64,000 bases of DNA from Thermodesulfovibrionales bacterium. Its GTDB lineage: Bacteria > Nitrospirota > Thermodesulfovibrionia > Thermodesulfovibrionales > UBA6898. Made by a program: the position numbers and the translations under genes. The stretch is from positions 29,696 through 93,695 of the forward strand of contig JBIOIY010000006.1 of assembly GCA_044450345.1 (NCBI GenBank), read 5' to 3'. The notes under the pieces were generated by a model. That model was not told where the DNA came from. It ran no database searches and was given only the letters and a program-made list of their open reading frames with translations. Positions 28,488-38,908 of this stretch are shown in pieces. The stretch's first letter is position 1; each line of letters opens with the position of its first letter.

Positions 28488-29138
28488 CTATTTACCTTTC
28501 AGAGTAAGTAGTATAACAGTTTCTTCTGCAATTTTTCCGACGGCGATGCTTTCGAAATCTCCATGAGAATACATGCTCACGATCGCACGGTCGTGCATAA
28601 GCGCCTCTGCAGCCGCAAGAAATTCCTTCAACATTAAGTTACGCACGAGTTCCAGCGCATAGGCCCTCGTAACCGCGTCGCTGTGTCCGAGATATAACCC
28701 GGCAACTGCAGATGACCCTTCCACAAGGTCGGCCCTTACCTCGCTGATCCTCACCAGCGCCCTCAACACGCCCCGCCTAAGTATTTCCTCATCATGGAAA
28801 GAAGCAATGATCGGCGCGATGTCTGCGAATTCTTCAGGCGCGTTCCTCACTATCTCACCGAGCATTTCGGGAGCGCTCCACGGATTGTTCCCTGATTCTT
28901 CACGCATCATCCAGAGGATTCTCTGCACAAGGTTCCTGATGAGACCGGGCTCGGTCCTCGCCCTTTCTCCAGCTATGATGCCGATAGCCTCCATCGCCCT
29001 CCAGGAAATAACGGACTCCTTGTCGTACGAAAGGGAGATGAGGGTCCTGAAAATGCTATTGTCTTTTCCTGCTTGCGCCACAAGCCCTGCGATATCACCT
29101 TCTTTGAGCAGTCTTGATATCTTTTCTCTCTTCGACAC
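28488..29138 (-). CDS. HEAT/ARM-repeat protein (DVU0298-like by recollection); start uncertain
   Basis: Helical repeats WRAMEAIG, W.M.EESG...W.APEMLGEI; probable GTG at 29138 overlapping the dsrN end. Confidence 0.72.
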   Translation of the reverse strand: MSKREKISRLLKEGDIAGLVAQAGKDNSIFRTLISLSYDKESVISWRAMEAIGIIAGERARTEPGLIRNLVQRILWMMREESGNNPWSAPEMLGEIVRNAPEEFADIAPIIASFHDEEILRRGVLRALVRISEVRADLVEGSSAVAGLYLGHSDAVTRAYALELVRNLMLKEFLAAAEALMHDRAIVSMYSHGDFESIAVGKIAEETVILLTLKGK

Positions 29139-30537
29139 CTTTATCTTTTTCTTTTTTATATAGAGCAGCTCTATTGACGAGTCCCTCGGCCCATTCGGGC
29201 GCTCCATACGCATGCAAATGAGTGTAGGTCGCCAAAACATTCTTATAACATACTCCGTCCGACTTCTGCTTTATCCCCTGACCGCGTTTCATCGTGAACG
29301 AAAAAGTCACCCCATCCTTGTTCCTGCAGTCTGCAACTCGTGAATAATGGAACTCATGGCCTTTCAGCAACGTCCCCTTAGCGTAGAAAGGGTTTTTCCC
29401 AGATACTTCGACTACGGTATACCCGTGGGCCTGAGGTTTCTTCTCCAGGCAGAAAGTTATCGGGAAGACCCCGGTCATCGGATATTTTTTGCCGTCTATA
29501 AGCAAAACCTCGCCTAGGTACATCAATCCCCCGCATTCCGCGTAGACGGGCAGCCCCCTTTCGACCGCAACAAGAACCGATCTTCTGAATGAGTTGTTTT
29601 TTGCCAGGGGTATGGCGTTTGTCTCGGGGAAACCACCCCCTATATAGAGGGCATCGATATCGGGAAGTTCTTTCCCGGTCAGTGCGCTGACCTCCAAAAG
29701 TTCAGCACCACGGTTGAGGAGTTCTTCCATGTTTTCGGGGTAATAGAATTGGAAAGCCGAATCCCTTAAGACACCGATCACGGGTCTCCCGGATGTCTCA
29801 CTTCTCTGCCGCGGAGGTTCCCCCCGTCCGGCACTGAGATATCTCGCCCCCTTGGCTATATCCTCGATCGCGGCAATATCCACATATTTCGCGGCAATAT
29901 CGCCGGCCAGAGAAATCGCCTTTTCCACATCGGGATGCTCCTGAAAAGAGGTGAGTCCCATATGTCTCTCCGAAATTAATTCATCTTCAAGTCGAGGGAT
30001 AGCTCCGACGACAGGCACCCCGCAGTAGCGTTCAATCGCTTCTCTCACAATTCTTTCATGTCTTGACCCTGCGATCCTGTTCAAGACTACCCCTTTTACT
30101 TCGATCTCCCTGTCGAACTTCTGTACGCCTAGAACCAGAGCCGCAGCAGTCCTCGTGACCTTGGTGCAGTCGATAATCAGCACAACAGGGGCCTTCAGTA
30201 TTTTTGCAAGTTCCGCAGTACTGAATGTTCCGGCAGAATCCATGCCGTCATACAAACCCCGGTTCCCTTCTATCACCGCGTATTCGGCGTCTTGAAAATG
30301 CTCCCTGAAGGACGACATGATTTTTTCCTTACCTATCAGGAAGGGGTCGAGGTTATAGCATAAACGCCCCGCTGCCAAAGACAGCCACCCCGCATCAATA
30401 TAGTCCGGGCCTTTCTTGTACGGAATTACGGCACGACCTCTCTTTCTCCAGGCCGCTATCAGTCCGAGAGAGAGCGTGGTTTTACCTGCGCCGCCCTTAA
30501 GACCGGCGATCACAAGTCTTGGAAATGGAGATTTCAT
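29095..30537 (-). CDS. dsrN: DsrN (siroheme amidase, CbiA/CobB family)
   Basis: GKTT, KKGPDYID, AECGG and GHEFHYS motifs; lies inside the dsr cluster. Confidence 0.9.
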   Translation of the reverse strand: MKSPFPRLVIAGLKGGAGKTTLSLGLIAAWRKRGRAVIPYKKGPDYIDAGWLSLAAGRLCYNLDPFLIGKEKIMSSFREHFQDAEYAVIEGNRGLYDGMDSAGTFSTAELAKILKAPVVLIIDCTKVTRTAAALVLGVQKFDREIEVKGVVLNRIAGSRHERIVREAIERYCGVPVVGAIPRLEDELISERHMGLTSFQEHPDVEKAISLAGDIAAKYVDIAAIEDIAKGARYLSAGRGEPPRQRSETSGRPVIGVLRDSAFQFYYPENMEELLNRGAELLEVSALTGKELPDIDALYIGGGFPETNAIPLAKNNSFRRSVLVAVERGLPVYAECGGLMYLGEVLLIDGKKYPMTGVFPITFCLEKKPQAHGYTVVEVSGKNPFYAKGTLLKGHEFHYSRVADCRNKDGVTFSFTMKRGQGIKQKSDGVCYKNVLATYTHLHAYGAPEWAEGLVNRAALYKKEKDKGVEERKDIKTAQRR

Positions 30538-30660
30538 CCTATAAATTTTTGCATCGCACCACGCCGAAATATATGCACATCTTTTTTTTATATTGCCTTA
30601 ATTAGGAGGAGATTATCAAGGCTGCAACCGGCGCGGGAACTTACTTCGGCTATTTCAGCA

Positions 30661-30705
30661 AAAAAAGATAAGGCTACAGAGGGGCTGAATAGGAAACCCC
30701 TCTGT
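30661..30705 (-). terminator. Probable terminator after dsrD
   Basis: ACAGAGGGG/CCCCTCTGT stem with a T-run shortly after it on the minus strand. Confidence 0.55.
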
Positions 30706-30728
30706 TATTCCTGCAAGATGAAGCTGTT

Positions 30729-30977
30729 TTACTTTATAAGACCTTTTTCTCTGAGGTACTCATCGCTGGGTATCTCGACGGAACTCGCACCGCCTCCATA
30801 TGAATACATGAGCCTTCCTACGTCTATCATACCTCTCATTGCCTTCTTTACTTCATCTCCGGGCAGGCTCTGCTCTTCAGATACGCCTTTGATGATGTCT
30901 TTCTCTTTCAGTTTTTTCTTACCCTTTGCCGCTAGTACGAAGGCAAAAATCTTGTCTTGAAGCTCAGCTGTTTCCAT
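30729..30977 (-). CDS. dsrD: DsrD-like small protein (divergent)
   Basis: 82 aa, basic, EVKK.M..MI..G.L.Y pattern; directly after dsrB. Confidence 0.72.
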   Translation of the reverse strand: METAELQDKIFAFVLAAKGKKKLKEKDIIKGVSEEQSLPGDEVKKAMRGMIDVGRLMYSYGGGASSVEIPSDEYLREKGLIK

Positions 30978-31011
30978 ACTTACCCCCGTTTTTTGAAATG
31001 TCGTTTATACG

Positions 31012-31040
31012 AAGGCAGTCCCGAATATCGAGACTGCCTT
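31012..31040 (-). other. Stable hairpin between dsrB and dsrD, no U-tract
   Basis: AAGGCAGTCTCGA/TCGGGACTGCCTT. Confidence 0.65.
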
Positions 31041-31059
31041 ACCGATCATTATACAACAA

Positions 31060-32130
31060 CTACCACTTGAAGGTTGAAGCAGTCCTTAACGTGTCCCTCA
31101 TGAACGTGAAGTCGTCGATGGACTGGAACGTGAATTCTATGCCGGTAAGAGAGAAGAACCTCTCCCAGCCTACCCTCTCTATCCACTCGCCTATCCTTTC
31201 ATGCTTTCTTGCATTCGCGGCATAGACCTCAACGATATGCTTTACCGCGGCGACGACCTTCGGCCATCTCGGCGGCTCATTAGAGATATAAGGAATAACA
31301 AGCTTCGAGAACTTAGGATTACTTCTGAGGCTGTTTACCTTTCCGCCTACGACTATGGCAATGCCGTCGCGCTCGGGGTCCTTGATACTGATGGGCGGGC
31401 ATACGGTGAAACAGTTACCGCAGTACATGCACTTGTCAGGGTTTATCTTCACGCTCTTGTTCGCAGGATCAGGGCTGATCGCGCGGGTCGGGCATGAACC
31501 GATGACCGTCGGCAGTTCGCACATATTCTTAAAGTTCGCATGGTTGACCACAGGCACCTTCGTATGAACCGCGACGATTGCGATATCGGAACAATGCACT
31601 GCGCCGCACATATTCACGCAGCATGCGACCGCGAGCCTGACCTTGTTGGGAAGCCTCTTCGACTCGAAATACTCAAAGAGTTCATCCATCATCGCCTTCA
31701 CGATGCCGGATGCGTCGGTCGCTGCACTGTGGCAGTGTACCCAGCCCTGTGTATGGACGACGTTCGTTATGCCATAGCCGATACCGCCCATCTTGAAGCC
31801 GCGGGCTGAGAGGTCTTTCTTTATCGGCTCGAGGTTCTTCTCGTCGGATACGAGAAACTCCACGTTGTTTCTCGTTGTGAAGCGGAGGTGGCCGCCGCAG
31901 AATTTCTCCGCAACGTCGCAGATCTCGCGGATCGTGGTCGTTGATAAAATCCTCGGGGAAGCAACCCTGACCGTCCAGAGTTTATCGCCGCTTTCGGCCA
32001 CGTGGACCATGGTGCCGGGCGTAAGCACCTCATGATATTTCCACTTCCCGTAATTCTTATCTATTACAGGCGGCATGAACTGCCTATAATGGGGCGGCCC
32101 TATGTCTGTTTTTCTCTGTGGTAATGCCAT
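31060..32130 (-). CDS. dsrB: Dissimilatory sulfite reductase beta subunit
   Basis: [20 protein letters not shown] and CMYCGNC motifs. Confidence 0.98.
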   Translation of the reverse strand: MALPQRKTDIGPPHYRQFMPPVIDKNYGKWKYHEVLTPGTMVHVAESGDKLWTVRVASPRILSTTTIREICDVAEKFCGGHLRFTTRNNVEFLVSDEKNLEPIKKDLSARGFKMGGIGYGITNVVHTQGWVHCHSAATDASGIVKAMMDELFEYFESKRLPNKVRLAVACCVNMCGAVHCSDIAIVAVHTKVPVVNHANFKNMCELPTVIGSCPTRAISPDPANKSVKINPDKCMYCGNCFTVCPPISIKDPERDGIAIVVGGKVNSLRSNPKFSKLVIPYISNEPPRWPKVVAAVKHIVEVYAANARKHERIGEWIERVGWERFFSLTGIEFTFQSIDDFTFMRDTLRTASTFKW

Positions 32131-32164
32131 TTTTATGTATCCTCCTTATTTAAATTTTTAAAAG

Positions 32165-33394
32165 TTAAAACTTATATTTACCGGTCTTCTTCTCTTCGGC
32201 TTCCTTCGCCTTATATGATGCGATATCAGCCTCCGTGTAGAACATGAACGGATCTTTCCTCGGCTCCTTGATCTGCTGCGGCGCCGGCGGCACGCCGATA
32301 GCCTCCAGGAACGACCTCATGCCCTTCACCTCGATGACCTCGCCGATCCTCTCTCTGGGCTTCCCGTTATCATCCCACCAGTCCCATATCTTGCGGAGCA
32401 GGTCTTTCAGCTCCGTATACGGCGGCTCGATTTTGATGAACGGAATGATGACCCATGAGAGCAGCGAACCGACGACGATAGGGGCCTTGCTTCCCATACA
32501 GATTGTGGCTCCCCTTTCACCGCTCGGCTTCAACGCCTTTGTCATCCTCGTTATGCAGTGCATGCACCTGCTGCATTCTTTGTTATCTATCTTAAGTTCC
32601 TTGCCGTCATAACTCATGCACTGTGTCGGACACATACCGACGATTTCGGACATTATATTCATGCCTTTTTTGGCATAATTCTGGACCTCTTTCTGGTCGA
32701 TCAATATGTCGCCCTTCCAGGTCCCGATTATGGAGAAGTCCGAACGTGCGATCGAGGCAACACAGTCACAAGCGCAGCCCGCTGCCTTTATCTTGAACTT
32801 GTAAGAGAACATCGGCCTGTGCAGCTCGTCCTGGAATTCCTGCGTTAAATTGTAGACGAGGTCGAGGGTATCATAATTTGTCCATTCGCAGCGGCCTGGT
32901 CCTACACAGCAGCTTGGGGTCCTGAGGTCTGAACCTGAACCACCGAGGTCCCATCCGCGGGACGAATATTCAGCAAATATCGCTTCGAGGGCATCGGTCT
33001 TCGTTCCGAGAAGAACGATATCGCCCGTGGATCCGTGCATGTTCGTCAGCCCGCTTCCATATTTATCCCAGATATCGCAAATCTCCCTTAATGCCTTGCT
33101 GGTATAGAAAAACCCGCTGGGCTGGTTCAACCTGACAGTGTGGAAATGAGCGACACCCGGGAATTCTGCCCCGAGTTCCGAATACCTTCCGATAATTCCA
33201 CCACCGTAGCCGAGGACCCCGACTATTCCACCGTGCTTCCAGTAGCCCACCTTGGTAGAGTAACACTTCTCAAGATGTCCTACTGCATCGTTTGACATCT
33301 CGTTGTTTTTGCCGGCCTTCTTCATCTCGGTGACGAAGCTCGGCCATGGACCTTTTTCCAACTCATCGATCAACGGCGTATTATACTTCTTCAT
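32165..33394 (-). CDS. dsrA: Dissimilatory sulfite reductase alpha subunit
   Basis: [23 protein letters not shown]...GCACDC siroheme-[4Fe-4S] motif. Confidence 0.98.
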   Translation of the reverse strand: MKKYNTPLIDELEKGPWPSFVTEMKKAGKNNEMSNDAVGHLEKCYSTKVGYWKHGGIVGVLGYGGGIIGRYSELGAEFPGVAHFHTVRLNQPSGFFYTSKALREICDIWDKYGSGLTNMHGSTGDIVLLGTKTDALEAIFAEYSSRGWDLGGSGSDLRTPSCCVGPGRCEWTNYDTLDLVYNLTQEFQDELHRPMFSYKFKIKAAGCACDCVASIARSDFSIIGTWKGDILIDQKEVQNYAKKGMNIMSEIVGMCPTQCMSYDGKELKIDNKECSRCMHCITRMTKALKPSGERGATICMGSKAPIVVGSLLSWVIIPFIKIEPPYTELKDLLRKIWDWWDDNGKPRERIGEVIEVKGMRSFLEAIGVPPAPQQIKEPRKDPFMFYTEADIASYKAKEAEEKKTGKYKF

Positions 33395-33462
33395 CTAATC
33401 CTCCTTCTTTATGGTGATTTTTTTTTCGTAGCCCAATAAATGCAAAACTGCAAGCGCTAAAA

Positions 33463-33529
33463 AGCTTAAAACACCTTTTATCTGTTGGTCAAATAAAATA
33501 AATTAATCTGTTAATCATAATTATTTATT
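33463..33529 (-). promoter_or_regulatory. dsrA promoter with conserved upstream motif
   Basis: TTGACC-18 nt-TAAGCT plus an AT-rich block shared with the dsrC promoter. Confidence 0.6.
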
Positions 33530-33654
33530 AACCTGATACTGAAAATATTAAAAATGGCCTTCGTGATGCGCTCTTGTCCCATTTTCTTATTTACTTTCCC
33601 CCCTATCCAAGTGCTATACTTATCGAGTTTTCAGTCTTAGCCGTACTATAGGCC

Positions 33655-35937
33655 ATGGAGAGAAATATGCGAAGACCGTTATTTATATTATTGTTTATTA
33701 TTCTTACCTCTGGTATCGCCTTCGCAGAGGCACTGCCTGTTGTCAATAAGATCGATATCCAAGGTCTAAAGCGCATAGAGGAAGGTGCAATCAAGGCCAA
33801 GGTCACTCAGAAAATAGGTGATCCCGTCTCTCAGGACAAAATAAACGAGGACATCAAGTCTATTTTCAAGATGGGGTACTTCGACGATGTGAGAGTCGAG
33901 ATCGAACCGTTTGAAGGCGGCGTCAGACTCATTTATATCGTAAAGGAGAAGCCCACGATCATCAAGGTCGATTTCCAGGGCAATAAGGAAATCGATGACA
34001 CCAAGCTGAAGGAAAAGATAACAATCACCGCAGGGGCGATCGCCGATACGGTCCTGATACAGGATAATGCCCTTAAATTAAAGAGTTTTTATGAGGAGGA
34101 AGGCTATTGGCTCGCAAATATAGTCCCGGTCACGAAGAAGATATCCGAAGACGAGATAGGCCTCACTTACCAGATCGACGAAGGCCCGAAGATAAAGATA
34201 AGGAAAATCTTTGTTGAAGGTAACAAGAACATTTCTTCGTCGAAGATCAAGAAGGCGATGGAAACAAAGGAATGGTGGCTTTTTTCATTTGTGACCTCGT
34301 CGGGATATTACAAAAAGGCCCAGATGGACGGTGATGTCGAAAAGATAAAGGCCCTTTATTTTGATAACGGGTATATCAAAGCGGTCGTTGCCGAACCCGA
34401 GATCACGGTCGACAAAGAAAAGAAAGGCATGACCATAACGGTCAGGGCATCCGAGGGCGACCAGTATAAGGTCTCGTCCCTAGATTTTAGCGGGAACAAG
34501 GTCTACGACGATGCCGCCATCAGGAAACTGATAACCATTTCACCAAACAGCATATTCAGAAAAAGCCAGCTCGAAAAAAACATACAGGCGATCTCCTCAC
34601 TCTATTCCGATAACGGGTACGCGCTGGTTTCTGTAATGCCCGATCTCGTCCCCGATGAAAGAGACAAGACAGTGCGCGTTTCCCTCGCCATCAGCGAAGG
34701 AGAGAAATACCGGGTAGGCCGAATCGAGGTATCAGGCAATACAAAGACCAGGGACAATGTCATCAGGCGGGAAATCAGGTTCGACGAAGGCGAGATCTTC
34801 AGCAGCTCAAAGCTGAAGAGGACTTATGAAAGGATCAACAACCTCCAGTTTTTCGATACTGTCGACATCGTGCCGAAGCCGAAATATGAGGAAAAGGTGG
34901 TAGACCTCGATGTCAGGGTCAAGGAAAAGCCCACGGGTTTTCTGAGTATCGGAGGAGGCTACAGTTCGGTGGATAAACTCATTGCGACCGCGGACCTGAC
35001 CCAGGGGAACCTCTTTGGAAAGGGCCAATATGTGAAAATCAAAGGTGAACTCGGGGGACTGAGTTCGCTTTACGAAATCTCGTTTCGGGACCCATGGTTT
35101 CTCAACAGACCTATTGCCCTGAATACAGGCATATATAGAACGACGCGCAACTACACGGAATATTCCAAAGAAGCATATGGGTTTTTCGTCGGTCTTGGAA
35201 AAAATTTCTCCGAATACTGGAACGCCGATGTTTCATATAATTTTGAGAGGGCGACTATCTCGAACATCACAGCTGGGTCATCGCCGATAATAACCGATCA
35301 GAGGGGGACAAAGTCTACGAGCAGTATCACTCCGACCATCGCAAGAGATTCGCGGGACAATCTACTCGACCCGTCGCGGGGGTCGAGGAATTCCCTTTCA
35401 GTGACATATGCCGGAATCGGGGGCGACAACTACTTTTTCAAGACATCTGCGGATTCTGCCTGGTACTTTCCCATTGGTCCGACGAGTATCATGCTGAGGG
35501 GCCGAATCGGTTATACAAAGGGGCTCTTTGATAAGAAAGTTCCTCTTTATGAAAATTTCTTTGTCGGGGGCATATACACTGTGAGAGGGCTGGGGTTCGC
35601 TCAAGCCGGGCCGATAGACAAGACCACCCTCGATGGAATCGGGGGTACGTCGGAACTGATCTTCAATACCGAGTATATCTTCCCCATCCTTCCTGATATG
35701 AAGTTGAAGGGCGTCGTCTTTTTCGATGCGGGCAACTCATATGGATGCTCAGGATCTTCTTGCGCGGACGTCGGCGCAGTAGCCGATTCCTTTGGCACCT
35801 TAAGATATACGACCGGCACAGGGATCAGATGGATCTCGCCGATCGGCCCCATCAGGATTGAATGGGGATATAACATACAGAAAAGACCCGGTGAAAGCTC
35901 CGGCAAATTTGAATTTGCCTTCGGAAGCTTTTTCTAG
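33655..35937 (+). CDS. bamA: Outer membrane assembly factor BamA (ATG 33667 is an alternative start)
   Basis: Signal peptide, POTRA repeats, VRG loop, C-terminal Phe. Confidence 0.95.
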   Translation: MERNMRRPLFILLFIILTSGIAFAEALPVVNKIDIQGLKRIEEGAIKAKVTQKIGDPVSQDKINEDIKSIFKMGYFDDVRVEIEPFEGGVRLIYIVKEKPTIIKVDFQGNKEIDDTKLKEKITITAGAIADTVLIQDNALKLKSFYEEEGYWLANIVPVTKKISEDEIGLTYQIDEGPKIKIRKIFVEGNKNISSSKIKKAMETKEWWLFSFVTSSGYYKKAQMDGDVEKIKALYFDNGYIKAVVAEPEITVDKEKKGMTITVRASEGDQYKVSSLDFSGNKVYDDAAIRKLITISPNSIFRKSQLEKNIQAISSLYSDNGYALVSVMPDLVPDERDKTVRVSLAISEGEKYRVGRIEVSGNTKTRDNVIRREIRFDEGEIFSSSKLKRTYERINNLQFFDTVDIVPKPKYEEKVVDLDVRVKEKPTGFLSIGGGYSSVDKLIATADLTQGNLFGKGQYVKIKGELGGLSSLYEISFRDPWFLNRPIALNTGIYRTTRNYTEYSKEAYGFFVGLGKNFSEYWNADVSYNFERATISNITAGSSPIITDQRGTKSTSSITPTIARDSRDNLLDPSRGSRNSLSVTYAGIGGDNYFFKTSADSAWYFPIGPTSIMLRGRIGYTKGLFDKKVPLYENFFVGGIYTVRGLGFAQAGPIDKTTLDGIGGTSELIFNTEYIFPILPDMKLKGVVFFDAGNSYGCSGSSCADVGAVADSFGTLRYTTGTGIRWISPIGPIRIEWGYNIQKRPGESSGKFEFAFGSFF

Positions 35938-35954
35938 AGGAAAAGGAGAGCGCG

Positions 35955-36479
35955 ATGAAAAAAACGTTATTGCTTTTGGGTATTTTTGTTCTGTTTTCGG
36001 TAAGCAGTGTCCATGCAGACATGAAGGTGGGCATCGTAGACCTGATGAAGACATTGAACGAATCGGATTCGGGCAAAAAAGCAAAGTCCGACCTCGAGGT
36101 ACTGATCAAATCGAAGCAGTCCGTACTGGATGAAAAAGGCAAAGAGATTGAGAAGCTGAAGGCGGACCTTGAAAAACAGTCTTCCGTACTGTCAGCCGAG
36201 GCAAAGAAGGCGAAAGAGGACGAACTCGAGAGATTACTCAGGGAATATCAGAGACTTGTCACCGATTCCCAAAACGAAGTCAAGAAGCGAGAAAGCGATC
36301 TGACAGGGGGAATTTTGAAAGAACTACGGGCCATCGTCGATAAAATGGGGGAAGATGCGGGATATACAATGATCCTGGAAAATGCCGATGGACTGGTCCT
36401 CTATTCCAAGAAGGAAATCAACCTGACCGATGTAGTGATAAAGAAATACAATGAGTCAAAGGCCAAGAACAAGAAGTAG
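35955..36479 (+). CDS. skp: Periplasmic chaperone Skp/OmpH
   Basis: Signal peptide, KVGIVD, coiled coil; lies between bamA and lpxD. Confidence 0.92.
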   Translation: MKKTLLLLGIFVLFSVSSVHADMKVGIVDLMKTLNESDSGKKAKSDLEVLIKSKQSVLDEKGKEIEKLKADLEKQSSVLSAEAKKAKEDELERLLREYQRLVTDSQNEVKKRESDLTGGILKELRAIVDKMGEDAGYTMILENADGLVLYSKKEINLTDVVIKKYNESKAKNKK

Positions 36480-36513
36480 TGTCGCCTTTGCCAAAATAGT
36501 GTTCCCGTTTCAC

Positions 36514-36547
36514 GCCTCCTGCTTCTCCGGAGCAGGGGGCATTCTTT
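36514..36547 (+). terminator. Terminator-like hairpin after skp
   Basis: GCCTCCTGCTTC/GGAGCAGGGGGC followed by ATTCTTT. Confidence 0.6.
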
Positions 36548-36669
36548 ATCTGAGTATAAACTGCCGGACCGCTCATTTGAGCCGCTGCGATCTCTCACCC
36601 GGGAAAGGAAGTTGTGAAATTCAGGTTGTGAGGCATGTGCCATAACCTTCGGATTCACGGGCGGATTCC

Positions 36670-37704
36670 ATGAAATTAAGAGACTTATCTGATATCGTGC
36701 ATGGCATGATAATAGGCGACCCTGATACAGAAATTACAGGGGTTGCAGGAATCAAAGATGCAGGTAAAGGGGACATAACCTTCCTCTCCTCTGCCAGGTT
36801 CCTGCAAGACCTCCGCAGTAGCAAGGCCTCCTGCGTTATCGTCAAGGAGCCCTTAGAAGAGATAGAGGTGCCCCAGCTAAAGGTGCCAAATCCGCATTAC
36901 GCTTTTGCCAAGGCGATAGAATGCTTTTATCCTGTCTCTTCTCCGGAACCTGGCATCAGCGACAAGGCCTATGTGTCGGATGAGGCAAGAATCGGCAGAG
37001 GGGTGACCATATCTCCATTTGCGTTTGTGGATAAGAATGTGTCTATCGGTGATGGGTCTGTCCTTTCACCCGGCGTTTTCATAGGTGAAGGATCGAAAAT
37101 AGGCTGCAACTGTTTCATCTACCCGAACGTAACGGTGAGGGATAAAGTCACGATTGGAGACCGGGTAATCGTTCATTCCGGCACAGTCGTCGGGTCCGAC
37201 GGCTTCGGCTACGTCTTCGAAAATGAAGTGCATTACAAGATACCGCAGGTGGGAGGGGTCATCATCGAAGACGATGTCGAGATCGGCTCAAACGTCTCTA
37301 TTGACCGTGCGACCCTCGGCAATACCATTATAGGGAAGGGTTCCAAAATAGATAATTTGGTGCAGATCGCACATAACGTCAAGATCGGTGAAAGGACCTT
37401 AATCGTCTCACAGGTGGGGATAGCGGGAAGCAGCGAGATCGGGAGTTTTGTGATTTTGGCCGGTCAGGCAGGGGTAGCGGACCATGCCTCGATAGATTCC
37501 GGAACGATACTTACGGCACAATCCGGGATCTCCGGGCGCGTGGCAAAAGGAACGTATTCGGGATCCCCTGCCATTCCGCATAACATATGGCTACGGGCAC
37601 AGGCCGCATTTGCGAAACTTCCCGAAATGAGCAAAAAGATAAGAGAACTTGAAAACAGACTGAATAAATTGGAAAAGGGGGATACTTATGATGACAGTAA
37701 ATGA
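36670..37704 (+). CDS. lpxD: UDP-3-O-acylglucosamine N-acyltransferase
   Basis: Hexapeptide repeats, [18 protein letters not shown]. Confidence 0.96.
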   Translation: MKLRDLSDIVHGMIIGDPDTEITGVAGIKDAGKGDITFLSSARFLQDLRSSKASCVIVKEPLEEIEVPQLKVPNPHYAFAKAIECFYPVSSPEPGISDKAYVSDEARIGRGVTISPFAFVDKNVSIGDGSVLSPGVFIGEGSKIGCNCFIYPNVTVRDKVTIGDRVIVHSGTVVGSDGFGYVFENEVHYKIPQVGGVIIEDDVEIGSNVSIDRATLGNTIIGKGSKIDNLVQIAHNVKIGERTLIVSQVGIAGSSEIGSFVILAGQAGVADHASIDSGTILTAQSGISGRVAKGTYSGSPAIPHNIWLRAQAAFAKLPEMSKKIRELENRLNKLEKGDTYDDSK

Positions 37705-38119
37705 AATAATGAAGCTGCTTCCTCACAGATACCCGTTTCTCCTTGTGGACAGGATTGCCGATTTTCAGCCGGGCGTGAGCGCTACCGGGGTTAAGAACGT
37801 CACGATTAATGAGCCCTTCTTCCAGGGACATTTTCCGGGGCAGCCGATCATGCCGGGGGTGCTCATCATAGAGGCAATGGCCCAGGTTGCGGGGGTCATG
37901 GCATTTAGTTCCGGCGTTGAAGGAAAAGCAGTTTATTTCATGAGTATTGATAATGCAAAATTCAGGCGCCCGGTAGTGCCGGGTGATCAGGTAATGATGG
38001 ACATCAAGGTACTGAAGCAGAGGGGGAATGTCTGGAGATTCTCCGGCACCGCCACTGTCGACGGGAAATTAGTCTCCGAGGCCGAATTTACCGCCATGGT
38101 AACCGACAAGGAGATCTGA
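37688..38119 (+). CDS. fabZ: 3-hydroxyacyl-ACP dehydratase
   Basis: [11 protein letters not shown] and GHFP...[12 protein letters not shown] motifs. Confidence 0.97.
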   Translation: MMTVNEIMKLLPHRYPFLLVDRIADFQPGVSATGVKNVTINEPFFQGHFPGQPIMPGVLIIEAMAQVAGVMAFSSGVEGKAVYFMSIDNAKFRRPVVPGDQVMMDIKVLKQRGNVWRFSGTATVDGKLVSEAEFTAMVTDKEI

Positions 38120-38124
38120 AGATA

Positions 38125-38904
38125 ATGAAAACGAAAATCCATTCCTCTGCGATAGTGGACCCAAAGGCCGAAATAGACGGCAACGTCGAGATCGGCCCCT
38201 TCTGCATAATAAAAGGCGGAGCGAGAGTTAAAAAGGGGACAAGACTACTTTCGAACGTAATAGTCGAAGGCATTACCGAGATCGGAGAAAACTGTGTTAT
38301 TCATCCCTTCGCGAGCATCGGCGTCCCTCCCCAAGACCTCAAATATAAAGGCGAAGAGACCAGGCTTTCTATCGGCAACGGAAACATTGTCCGTGAATAC
38401 GCCTCAATACATCGGGCGTCTGTCGGCGGCGACGGCGTAACGTCAATTGGCGACAACAATTTCCTGATGGCCTATGTGCACATCGCCCATGACTGTAAGA
38501 TCGGCAGTAATGTCATCATGACCAATGCAGCTACCCTCGCCGGGCACATCCTCGTCGAAGACCATGCATACATCGGCGGCGTCGTGGCGATACACCAGTT
38601 CACACGAATAGGAAGATATGCCATGGTGGGAGGTTTCAGCGGCATCGGACAGGATATCCCACCCTATATGATAGCGGCGGGCGCCAGGGCAAAGCTCTTC
38701 GGCCCAAACACCATCGGTCTCCAGCGGCACGGTTTTCCTGAAAAAACGATCAACGAGATCAAGAAGGCATACAAGATCCTTTTCAGAGAAAAGCGCACCC
38801 TTAAGGACGCGCTGAAGAAGGTGCAGGAGGAGTTTCCGGATTCGGATGAGATCAGGCACCTTGTCGAATTCATCGGAAAAAATAAACGGGGGATCTGCAG
38901 ATAG
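38125..38904 (+). CDS. lpxA: UDP-GlcNAc O-acyltransferase
   Basis: PQDLKY, HIAHDC and HQF motifs. Confidence 0.97.
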   Translation: MKTKIHSSAIVDPKAEIDGNVEIGPFCIIKGGARVKKGTRLLSNVIVEGITEIGENCVIHPFASIGVPPQDLKYKGEETRLSIGNGNIVREYASIHRASVGGDGVTSIGDNNFLMAYVHIAHDCKIGSNVIMTNAATLAGHILVEDHAYIGGVVAIHQFTRIGRYAMVGGFSGIGQDIPPYMIAAGARAKLFGPNTIGLQRHGFPEKTINEIKKAYKILFREKRTLKDALKKVQEEFPDSDEIRHLVEFIGKNKRGICR

Positions 38905-38908
38905 ACTG

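Noticed and set aside
29095..30537. Cobalamin biosynthesis cbiA/cobB
   Set aside because: Its position within the dsr cluster, with no other cob/cbi genes, favours dsrN.
33395..33654. Rex operator or replication origin in the AT-rich dsrA-bamA spacer
   Set aside because: No TTGTGAA-N4-TTCACAA palindrome or cluster of DnaA boxes was seen; divergent promoters explain the composition.
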